Shown: positions 23,302 through 30,933 of the stretch, piece after piece
Numbering within the stretch: position 1 is the first letter of the stretch
How the letters are laid out: every line of letters starts with the position of its first letter
Program-made: the position numbers and the translations under genes
Origin: Candidatus Iainarchaeum sp.
GTDB lineage: Archaea > Iainarchaeota > Iainarchaeia > Iainarchaeales > DTGL01
DNA: 32,000 nt
Assembly: GCA_038736825.1 (NCBI GenBank)
Contig: JAVYME010000001.1
Location: 125,383-157,382, forward strand
Direction of reading: 5' to 3'
Notes under the pieces: generated by a model
Databases searched by the model: none
What the model saw: the letters and a program-made list of their open reading frames with translations, nothing else
What the model was told of the DNA's origin: nothing

Positions 23302-23904
23302 GTGGCAGAGAAGGCAATCGCAAAAGGCGCTGAAGCTGAAATCATTTCGCTTAAACTCCAAGAAAAAAACGCAATTGAAAAACACAGGCTTTCAAAGGGC
23401 TACAGGTGCAAGGAACTCGATGAAAAGATAAGAACTGAAAGGACAAGGCTTGAAGCACTGTTATTGCATAGAGCCAAAAAAGCCGGAGTGAGAACCCCCC
23501 TTTTATTTGCAGTGGATTCTGAAAAGAAATCCCTCTTCATGGAATTCATTAAAGGAAAAAAAGCAAAAAGCAAAATAAAGGGAAATCAATGGCTTTGCAG
23601 GGAAATAGGCAGAAAAATTGCTGCAATGCATTCCAGTGACATAATCCACGGCGACCTAACAACTGACAACATCATTGTCAGCGGAAAACAAGTTGTTTTC
23701 ATAGACTTTGGCTTGGGTTTCAATTCAAGCAAAGAAGAAGACAAAGCCGTTGACCTAATCAACCTAAAAAAAACATTGCTTGCCGGCAATGCATCCCTAA
23801 AAAAGGAATGGAACACAATATTGAAAGCATATGTTGCCACAACGGGAGAAAAAAAAATTTCAGAAAAAATTGCACAAATAGAAAAGCGCGGAAGATATGC
23901 ATAA
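23302..23904 (+). CDS. bud32: Bud32-like atypical protein kinase/ATPase (KEOPS subunit), stand-alone
   Basis: It begins with AKGAEAEII and carries the catalytic loop IIHGDLTTDNIIV and the FIDFGLG (DFG) motif. The small size (200 aa) is typical of archaeal Bud32. The start codon is GTG. Confidence 0.8.
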   Translation: MAEKAIAKGAEAEIISLKLQEKNAIEKHRLSKGYRCKELDEKIRTERTRLEALLLHRAKKAGVRTPLLFAVDSEKKSLFMEFIKGKKAKSKIKGNQWLCREIGRKIAAMHSSDIIHGDLTTDNIIVSGKQVVFIDFGLGFNSSKEEDKAVDLINLKKTLLAGNASLKKEWNTILKAYVATTGEKKISEKIAQIEKRGRYA

Positions 23905-24025
23905 ACTTAGCAAGCAAGGTTATTTGCCAGTAACTGAAAAAAAAAGCATTTCAACAAGCTTCAAGCAATGGTGAAACCTATTTAAACCTTTCCAAGAAGG
24001 ACTTATTATCTCATTAATGTTTTTT

Positions 24026-24053
24026 CTTTTCCCTGCCGGCATGGAGGGAAAGG
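24026..24053 (+). promoter_or_regulatory. 9-bp stem hairpin in the putative S15 leader
   Basis: CTTTTCCCT and AGGGAAAGG (one G-U pair) flank a 10-nt loop, GCCGGCATGG. It lies about 23 nt upstream of the S15 ATG and about 40 nt downstream of a TATTTAAA TATA-like box near 23979-23986. Coordinates are good to +/-1. Confidence 0.3.
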
Positions 24054-24075
24054 TACTAAAAAAAAGGTTTTTGGA

Positions 24076-24558
24076 ATGGATGAAAAAGAATTAGAACCCA
24101 TGGAAACAGAAAAAGAAAAACCAAAAAAAGCAGAAAAACCGGAAAAAAGCTCAAAAAAGAAAAAGGACACTGCTTGGGTTGAAATGAAACCAGAAGAAAT
24201 AATTGAAAACGTGAAAAAACTAGCAAACGAGGGCTATTCAAAAAGCGAAATCGGAATGATTTTAAGAGACCAGTACGGCATTCCGGACGTAAGAGCAATA
24301 ACAGGCAAAACAATCTCAGAAATACTAAAAGAGCAGGGCTTTTCAGAAGAAACCCCTGAAGACCTTTTAAACCTGATAAGAAAAAGCGTAACCCTCAAAG
24401 AACACATGAATGAAAACCCAAAAGACCAAACAGCAAAAAGAGGCTACCAGATAACAGTGTCAAAAATAAGAAGGCTGGTTGCATATTACAAAAAGAAAGG
24501 AAGGTTGCCAGCAGAATGGCACTTCACTGAAGAAAAAGCAAGGCTTTTGGTGAAATAA
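24076..24558 (+). CDS. rps15: 30S ribosomal protein S15 (uS15/S13e) with K/E-rich N-terminal extension
   Basis: The motifs GYSKSEIGMILRDQYGIPDV ... HMNENPKDQTAKRGYQITVSKIRRLVAYYKKKGRLPAEW match uS15. Confidence 0.9.
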   Translation: MDEKELEPMETEKEKPKKAEKPEKSSKKKKDTAWVEMKPEEIIENVKKLANEGYSKSEIGMILRDQYGIPDVRAITGKTISEILKEQGFSEETPEDLLNLIRKSVTLKEHMNENPKDQTAKRGYQITVSKIRRLVAYYKKKGRLPAEWHFTEEKARLLVK

Positions 24559-24560
24559 AA

Positions 24561-24686
24561 ATGGAATACACCATATCAATCGAATACTCTGGAAAAAAAA
24601 CCACAGAATGCGGAAACGCACAAACAAAAACAATACTAAAAGCCGGAGACAAAATCATTGAAAAAGCCATAAAGGAAAGTGAGTGA
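24561..24686 (+). CDS. candidate 41-aa ORF exactly filling the S15-S3Ae gap (hypothetical)
   Basis: This ORF is below the track cutoff and I translated it by hand: MEYTISIEYSGKKTTECGNAQTKTILKAGDKIIEKAIKESE. The ATG lies 2 nt after the S15 stop with GGTGA 7 nt upstream. Its TGA ends 1 nt before the S3Ae ATG. Its composition matches neighbouring genes. Confidence 0.35.
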   Translation: MEYTISIEYSGKKTTECGNAQTKTILKAGDKIIEKAIKESE

Positions 24687-24687
24687 A

Positions 24688-25266
24688 ATGGCCGCAGTGC
24701 AAAAAACAGTTGACAAATGGAAAAAAAAGAAATGGTTTGAACTGATTGCACCAAAAATATTTGAAAACAAAAACATCGGGGAAACACCCGCTGAAAAAAG
24801 CAGGCAAGTGATTGGAAGAACCGCTTGGGCCACAGTTGACGAGCTCACAGGGCAAAGAAAACTAAGACACATTGCAGTAAAATTCAAAGTCAGAGAAGTA
24901 AAAGAATCAAAAGCTTTCACAGAAGCAATAGGCTTTGAAGTCAACCAATCCTATTTAAGGAGAATGATAAGAAGAAGGATAACAAAAATAGAAGCAATTG
25001 TCACTGGAACAACAAAAGACGGAAAAAAAACAAGGGTTTCCGCAATTGCAATTTCTGGCAGAAAGCTTGAAAAGAAAAAAGAAAAAGCCATAAGAAAGGC
25101 AATGACAGAAATAATCGCCGGCGACATCCAGAAAAAAGACTTTGACCAGCTATTGCAAGAACTGATTTTCGGCATCACCATTGCAAAAATAACAAAAAAA
25201 ACCAGTGAAACAGACAAGCTGAAAAAAATAGAAATAGCCAAAGCCAGGTTGCTGGAAGGTAAATGA
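24688..25266 (+). CDS. rps3ae: 30S ribosomal protein S3Ae (eS1)
   Basis: The motifs VDKWKKKKWFELIAPKIF ... IGRTAWATVDELTG ... KFKVREV match eS1. I prefer the ATG at 24688 over the track's GTG at 24679. Confidence 0.9.
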   Translation: MAAVQKTVDKWKKKKWFELIAPKIFENKNIGETPAEKSRQVIGRTAWATVDELTGQRKLRHIAVKFKVREVKESKAFTEAIGFEVNQSYLRRMIRRRITKIEAIVTGTTKDGKKTRVSAIAISGRKLEKKKEKAIRKAMTEIIAGDIQKKDFDQLLQELIFGITIAKITKKTSETDKLKKIEIAKARLLEGK

Positions 25267-25943
25267 GAATGGACCAGCTGGCAAAAGCCCTAGTCCTTTT
25301 CACAACACTCTTGGTTTTCTCGCTTGTTTCATGGAAAAAAAAACTTTTAGACAAAGACGGCATCATAATAGCAAACATTGTTGGCATAACAATCTATCTC
25401 TTGGGAGGCCTTGAATCCTTCTTCCTAATTGTTTTCTTTTTTATCGCTGGAGAAATAGCAACCAAAACCGGTAGAAATGGAAAAAGACAGCACGAACAGC
25501 GCTCCACAGGAAACATTTTAGGGAATAGCGCTGCAGCAATCCTTGCCCTCTACTTTGCCTCCCCATTTGGATACTATGGAGCGGTGTCTGCAGCACTCGC
25601 AGACACTCTGTCCTCAGAAATAGGGCTTTTATCAAAAAAAAAGCCAAGGCTTATAACCACCTTCAAGGAAGTCGAGCACGGCACAGACGGCGGAATAACC
25701 GCGCTGGGATGCTATTCCGCAATCCTTGGAGCAACCATGATTGCAACATTCCATTTCTTAAAATTCCAAAACCCGCTCCTCGCAATAACCATAATATTTT
25801 GCGGTTTTTTTGGCTCAATAGCTGATTCGCTCTTTGGAGCAATATTTGAACTAAAAAAACTCCTAAACAACACTCAAGTGAACTTTTTAGGATCAGCCAC
25901 AGGCGCAATAAGCGCAATCCTAATCAAAAGCCTGCTGGCATAA
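25263..25943 (+). CDS. DUF92/TMEM19-family integral membrane protein (VTE6-like family)
   Basis: It is multi-TM, with GNILGNSAAAILAL and AALADTLSSEIG motifs resembling the DUF92 signature. The start overlaps the S3Ae stop (ATGA). Confidence 0.6.
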   Translation: MRMDQLAKALVLFTTLLVFSLVSWKKKLLDKDGIIIANIVGITIYLLGGLESFFLIVFFFIAGEIATKTGRNGKRQHEQRSTGNILGNSAAAILALYFASPFGYYGAVSAALADTLSSEIGLLSKKKPRLITTFKEVEHGTDGGITALGCYSAILGATMIATFHFLKFQNPLLAITIIFCGFFGSIADSLFGAIFELKKLLNNTQVNFLGSATGAISAILIKSLLA

Positions 25944-26052
25944 ACAAGGCAAAAAAAAACAGGGATTTCTTTAAAAAAAAAAGAAAGTCACTTGTATTTA
26001 AAAAACAATGACACAAATATATAACAAGAAAAATTGTTTTGAGGCAAACTAA

Positions 26053-28263
26053 ATGAAGAAAAGTGCTTTTGCCCTTTTGGCTTTCGGCTTAATCTTGTTT
26101 TTTTTATTGAATGGCTGCAATGAACCATTGATTCCAACAGAAGAATATGAAGTGCACGAGTGGGGGGTTATTGCAGGCTGTCATAGTTCAGAACAATGGA
26201 TTCTGACATCTAGACCAGAGCAAGCCACTGCAGTGCTTGTAAAGGAGCCTGTAATTTACGTGCATGCTGGAAATTTGAAAAATTTCAGTGCCAAGGCAAT
26301 TTTCAGCAGTGGAAACCCCACTCTGGCTTACCCGCAAGCTGAAATTTCCAAAAACTCTTTGAAATGGGAAAACGTGCAGGTTGTCGGAAAAACAGGCAAA
26401 ACAGAAATGGAGACTGTAAAAGGCTTTGGCGAACTTTTGCCGCTTCAGTCAATAATTCCAACCCTTAACGATGTTGAAGCCGACTTGCTAAAGCATGGGG
26501 ACACTGAGGCACGATTCCTCTTCTACGAGGGCGAAATGCAATTTGAAAACAAAATAACGGTTTCCTATGAACTGGAAGAAGCAGGGGATTCATCTAAAAT
26601 AAAAGGGCAAAAGGCTATTGTAAAAAACAATGCCGGTTATGATGTTTTCAATGTTTTTCTTTCAATCAATACCGGTCCGGTCTATGGGGTAAAGTACGCT
26701 TACACTGGCTTTTTGAGTGAATTGAAAGCCGGGCAGAGCAAGGAAATCAAATTAGATTACAGAAAACTGGATGGGGATGAACTAGTAGAACTAAGGAATA
26801 GGGAAAAACTGGGCTTGAAAGCAAAAATGATGCAGTTGGGTTTTACTGAAAAAGAATCACAGGCGTTTGATTCGCTTTGGGCAACTCCCTTTTACCGACC
26901 TTCAAACATTGACAGATTTGCAAGGCTTTCATACTTGTTGCCGCAAAGCGAAACCGAAAAACTCATAAAACTGGAATTCAATCCGACTCCAAAAAAAACA
27001 ATAAGGGCAATGTGGGTTCTCGTGGACTTAAGCGAAGAAAAAAAATGCGAAACCGATTTTGACTGCGAAAAATGGGGTCATGAAACCTGCAGCTACGGCT
27101 GCTATTTTTCTTGCAAAAATGGAGCCTGTGCGTGCTCCTGCGAAGAATTGGCATGCAAAAACGATAATGACTGCAAAAAACTTGTGAAAATATCACAGTG
27201 CCCAATTTCATGCCAAAAAGGATTTTGCTTGGAGAATTGCGGTAGGGCAGGAGAGTGCCAGCAAGACGAGGATTGTACTTGGGTTAACACCAACTGTTGC
27301 CCTGAAAGCGCAGGCGCGAAATGGGAGTGCATGAGCAAACTCGCAAAAATAGACTGCCCTGAAAACCCAGTTTGCTTGCAGGTTATAAGCCCAAAACCCG
27401 AAACAATGTGTTTGTGTAGGGGAGGCAAAAATAGCTGTGAGGAAGTGCGAGTAACAATTAAAACCGATAAAACGGAATACGAGCAAGGCGAAACAGTGAA
27501 ACTGAATGCTGAAATAAAAGGCAACTTGTATGACTGGAGGGGAATCACAATTGAAAAAAAGGTTGGCGGGGAATGGCTTTCAGCAGAAAGAGATTACGGC
27601 TATCCTTGCTTTTTAAAAAAAACCTGTGAGGAATTCTTAAACCTGCCTCAAATGGTGCGACCACTGTGCAAAAAAATTGAAAACAGTTTTTTAAGAGAGT
27701 GGACGCAGGAAGCCAGCACTGGCGTGGTTCCGCCTTGCGAATGGAGTGGTGAACCCAAAGGAGTCCCTTATTGCAGGATAATCCACAAGGCAGAAGCCGG
27801 CATTTACCGCTTCAGTTTAAGTTATTGGCTTGATGAAAACTGCGCAGGTGAAGAATTTGAAGTGAAATCAAACGAGTTCAAAATAAAAGCACCTAAAGAA
27901 ATAGTTGAATTGTGTTCAAAGGAAAAAGCACGTGCTGAAGAAATCAAAGCAGATCCAGATTGCAGTGAGGATGGTTTTCGTTGTGTGGATGGATGGGGCC
28001 AATACTATTACTATGACAACTGGCTTGCAAACCCCAAGGATTCCATGAAATCACTAAATTATGATCCGCCGGCAAGGGTGAAAAACGCACTCATTGCAAA
28101 ATACCTTCGCAGCAATTGCTCTTGCAACAAGCCTTTTTCTTACCAAATTGTAACCAATAATGGGTTCAAGGAAACCGAATGCGAATCCTATTACTCTTTC
28201 TTGCGAGACTATAATGCTTTATGCAATGGGTGTGTATTGCACTGGGAAACAGGGTGCTGTTAA
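26053..28263 (+). CDS. secreted Cys-rich lipoprotein (736 aa, hypothetical)
   Basis: It has a lipobox-type signal, MKKSAFALLAFGLILFFLLNG-C22. There are more than 40 Cys, including 24 in aa 332-462 (nt 27046-27438), arranged as three C-x2-D-x-DC-led modules. The protein ends in ...WETGCC. No TM segment is visible besides the signal. Confidence 0.8.
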   Translation: MKKSAFALLAFGLILFFLLNGCNEPLIPTEEYEVHEWGVIAGCHSSEQWILTSRPEQATAVLVKEPVIYVHAGNLKNFSAKAIFSSGNPTLAYPQAEISKNSLKWENVQVVGKTGKTEMETVKGFGELLPLQSIIPTLNDVEADLLKHGDTEARFLFYEGEMQFENKITVSYELEEAGDSSKIKGQKAIVKNNAGYDVFNVFLSINTGPVYGVKYAYTGFLSELKAGQSKEIKLDYRKLDGDELVELRNREKLGLKAKMMQLGFTEKESQAFDSLWATPFYRPSNIDRFARLSYLLPQSETEKLIKLEFNPTPKKTIRAMWVLVDLSEEKKCETDFDCEKWGHETCSYGCYFSCKNGACACSCEELACKNDNDCKKLVKISQCPISCQKGFCLENCGRAGECQQDEDCTWVNTNCCPESAGAKWECMSKLAKIDCPENPVCLQVISPKPETMCLCRGGKNSCEEVRVTIKTDKTEYEQGETVKLNAEIKGNLYDWRGITIEKKVGGEWLSAERDYGYPCFLKKTCEEFLNLPQMVRPLCKKIENSFLREWTQEASTGVVPPCEWSGEPKGVPYCRIIHKAEAGIYRFSLSYWLDENCAGEEFEVKSNEFKIKAPKEIVELCSKEKARAEEIKADPDCSEDGFRCVDGWGQYYYYDNWLANPKDSMKSLNYDPPARVKNALIAKYLRSNCSCNKPFSYQIVTNNGFKETECESYYSFLRDYNALCNGCVLHWETGCC

Positions 28264-28268
28264 GGGAA

Positions 28269-29171
28269 CTAAGATTGCAGTCTTGTTTCTCCAGAGGAAA
28301 GGCTTTGCTTGAAGCCCATGCCGAAGGAATAACCCATCCGGCTTAACATGGAGAAAAGCGATTTTTCTGGAGCCATTTTTCGCAGGGAGGGTTTTTCTGT
28401 GCCGGTTAGTTCGCCTATTTTTTTCACTGCATCTTCTTTTGAGCCAAGCGCGTCAATAAGTCCATAGGATAGTGCTTGTTTTCCTGTCATTATTCTGCCG
28501 TCAAAAATTTCGTCAAGCTTGCTTTGGTTTATTTTTCCAGCTCTAAACGAGAGCACGTCTTCTCTGAAGCCTTGCCATGCCTGGTCTACAATGGATTGCA
28601 TTATTTTTCTTTCTTCATCGCTTAGTTCTGTGAAGGGGTCTCCCATTCCTTTTTTGTCTCCCTTGGTGAAGGAATCAGCTCCAATGCCGATTTTTTCTCT
28701 TAAGTCTGCAAGGTTTAATCTAATTGAAATTACTCCAAGCGAGCCTGTCAGGGAGTCAGCATCGGCAATAATGAAATTGCAGGCAGAGGCTGCATAATAT
28801 GCGCCGCTTGCCCCAATGTCTTTTATTAGCGCTACCTTTGGTTTTTTTGCTTCTTTTAAAGCACGGACTATTTCTTTTGATGCAACCACTGAGCCGCCGC
28901 CAGAGTTTATTTCAAGGAGGATGCCTGAAATTGATGGGTCTGAATCTGCTTTTTTTATTAGTTCGGCTGTTTCTTCGGCGGTGGTGTTTATTGCAAGCAT
29001 TCCTGAATCGTTTGAGATTTCGCCTTTGATTTCTATAATTGCAACTTGTCCCCTGGAAAGAAAAAGCGCTCCGTCTTCAGAGCCTGCGAAAAGGAATGAA
29101 AAAAGCAATCCCAGTCCTAACAAGAGCATGACGCATGCGATTATGACTGCCACTACAGTGGTTGCTTTCAT
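28269..29171 (-). CDS. sppA: signal peptide peptidase SppA (S49 family, 36K type)
   Basis: It has an N-terminal TM segment. The motifs LLEINSGGGSVVASKEI ... IGASGAYYAASACNFIIADADSLTGSLGVI are S49 signatures. The ATG at 29171 is preferred over the GTG at 29183. Confidence 0.85.
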   Translation of the reverse strand: MKATTVVAVIIACVMLLLGLGLLFSFLFAGSEDGALFLSRGQVAIIEIKGEISNDSGMLAINTTAEETAELIKKADSDPSISGILLEINSGGGSVVASKEIVRALKEAKKPKVALIKDIGASGAYYAASACNFIIADADSLTGSLGVISIRLNLADLREKIGIGADSFTKGDKKGMGDPFTELSDEERKIMQSIVDQAWQGFREDVLSFRAGKINQSKLDEIFDGRIMTGKQALSYGLIDALGSKEDAVKKIGELTGTEKPSLRKMAPEKSLFSMLSRMGYSFGMGFKQSLSSGETRLQS

Positions 29172-29243
29172 GTTGAATCCCACGCCTGCAACAGTTTTAA
29201 AATAGAATAATATCCAACATATAGAATTGAAAACACTTTTTAA

Positions 29244-29774
29244 TTGAATGGTGGAATCTTGGAATTGCTTGAAACTGCAACAATAATCACAGCATACCTT
29301 GCCCCTTTATACATAACAAATGCTTGTGCCCTGCTTTTTGGCGGAAAAACCCCCTTGGATTTTGACGTAAAGATTGATGGAAAACCGCTTTTTGGAAAAG
29401 GAAAATCCATTGAGGGCACCCTGTATGGTTTTGCTGCTGGAATACTGGCGGTTTTGGCAATTGATGCTTTTTTCAACAGTTTTACAAGGTCTTTCGTGCC
29501 AGATTTTGTTTTTTTTGGAGCACTTCTTTGTGCAGGCGCCCTAGCTGGCGATATTGCGGCTTCTTTTATAAAAAGGCGTTTTGGAATAGAAAGAGGAAAA
29601 CCAGTTCTTTTCCTTGACCAGCTTGATTTTGTTTGCGGAGGGCTTGCCTTTACTGCATGGATTAGGATTCCAGCCATAGAAGAAGTCTTGATAATGATGG
29701 TTATCACGCTTTTGGCTCACAGGATTTCAAATTATGCTGCGTTTAAGTTCAAACTGAAAAGTGTTCCCTGGTAG
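29244..29774 (+). CDS. carS: CDP-archaeol synthase (CarS, DUF46 family)
   Basis: The motifs YITNACALLFGG ... GKGKSIEGTLYGF ... GDIAASFIKRRFGIERGKPVLFLDQLDFV match the CarS family. The start is non-ATG (TTG at 29244) and uncertain. Confidence 0.8.
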   Translation: MNGGILELLETATIITAYLAPLYITNACALLFGGKTPLDFDVKIDGKPLFGKGKSIEGTLYGFAAGILAVLAIDAFFNSFTRSFVPDFVFFGALLCAGALAGDIAASFIKRRFGIERGKPVLFLDQLDFVCGGLAFTAWIRIPAIEEVLIMMVITLLAHRISNYAAFKFKLKSVPW

Positions 29775-29783
29775 GATTTCAAC

Positions 29784-30332
29784 ATGAGAAAGAAAAACTT
29801 GCAGGCTAAAAGAAAAGCCAGTGCAAGCAAAAGCGAACAGCAAAATGCAATCATTTACAATAAAAACCTGCTTTTTTTGGCAAAATTCTTCATAATTTTT
29901 GGCTTGCTTTACTGCATTTTGTGGTTTGCAGAAATTCAACCCTTAAACGAATGGATTGCTAGTGTAGAAGCAAGATGGCTCTCGCTGGAAAGAAGCGGTA
30001 ACACTTTGAAAGCCAATGGATTGGTTTTCGTTATAACAAACTATTGCACTGGACTGGTTTCTGCTTCAATTCTGGCTGCAATTGTTTTTTCGCTGAAAAA
30101 GCCCTCGCTGGAAAAAAAGATATTGGTTTTCGCGCTAGGGGCAATTGCTCTTTTTGCAATAAACCTTGTGCGGGTTTATTTGGTGCTTGCAGCAGGCATT
30201 GCATTGGGCGGAAATGCTGCTGAAACACTGCACACTCTTTCCTGGTTTGCCATGTCTGCCTTCATTATAGCACTCTGGTATTATCTCACAAAAAAAATTG
30301 CAAAAATAAGTGATTTTTCGGAGTTATTGTAA
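29784..30332 (+). CDS. exosortase/archaeosortase-family protein, minimal (182 aa)
   Basis: It is polytopic, with the family's ordered Cys/Arg/His candidates: ITNYC88TGLVSA, NLVR130VYLV and ETLH150TLSWF. The Cys-to-Arg spacing (42 aa) is similar to my recollection of ArtA. The subfamily is not assignable by eye. Confidence 0.62.
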   Translation: MRKKNLQAKRKASASKSEQQNAIIYNKNLLFLAKFFIIFGLLYCILWFAEIQPLNEWIASVEARWLSLERSGNTLKANGLVFVITNYCTGLVSASILAAIVFSLKKPSLEKKILVFALGAIALFAINLVRVYLVLAAGIALGGNAAETLHTLSWFAMSAFIIALWYYLTKKIAKISDFSELL

Positions 30333-30919
30333 TGATTGGAAGAAAAAAACCAAAGAAAGAAATAAAAAAGCCAAAATTCAGAAAAGCAGACATTTTTATT
30401 TGGCCTTGGATTGCTCCAGCCAAAAGGCACAGAGGGCCATATTTTCGGCTTGTAAGGGAAATTGCTTCCTTGCTGGAAATAAAAAAAGGCGATCGTGTTC
30501 TTGAAACGCATTGCGGCATAATTCCCCATTTTAGGGTGTGGAAGGCTGCTGTGGGAAAGGAGGGGCGAATGATTGCCATTGACTTGGATCCATTTGCGGT
30601 TAGGGCATCAAAAGCCATAGAAAGCGTTTATACGCGGAAAAAGAACAGAACTGATATTAGGGTTGCAGATGCTGAAAACCTGCCTTTTCCCGACAAAAGC
30701 TTTAACAAATACATAATGGTTTTTCCAGATGAACTGACAGAAAAAGTCATGAGTGAAATGTACCGGGTTTTAGAGCCAGGCGGACTGGCGTTCATAAAAA
30801 CAGATCCTGATGAAATCTTTGATGCACTCAAATACTGGGGTTTTATGAAAAAATTTAAAGTTTTGAAAAGCCAGTTTCATTCACGAAAAACCCAGTCAGT
30901 TGTCTTGAAAAAAATATGA
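30332..30919 (+). CDS. class I SAM-dependent methyltransferase-like protein (type 11-like)
   Basis: The motifs GDRVLETHCGI (atypical motif I), MIAIDLD, DAENLPFPDKSFN and YRVLEPGGLAFI fit a class I methyltransferase. The start overlaps the upstream stop (TAATG). Confidence 0.6.
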   Translation: MIGRKKPKKEIKKPKFRKADIFIWPWIAPAKRHRGPYFRLVREIASLLEIKKGDRVLETHCGIIPHFRVWKAAVGKEGRMIAIDLDPFAVRASKAIESVYTRKKNRTDIRVADAENLPFPDKSFNKYIMVFPDELTEKVMSEMYRVLEPGGLAFIKTDPDEIFDALKYWGFMKKFKVLKSQFHSRKTQSVVLKKI

Positions 30920-30933
30920 TTTTCAGGCAAAAA

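Noticed and set aside
28816-29205. 129-aa plus-strand ORF (and 28519..28797, 28799..29029)
   Set aside because: These lie antisense to the well-supported SppA gene.
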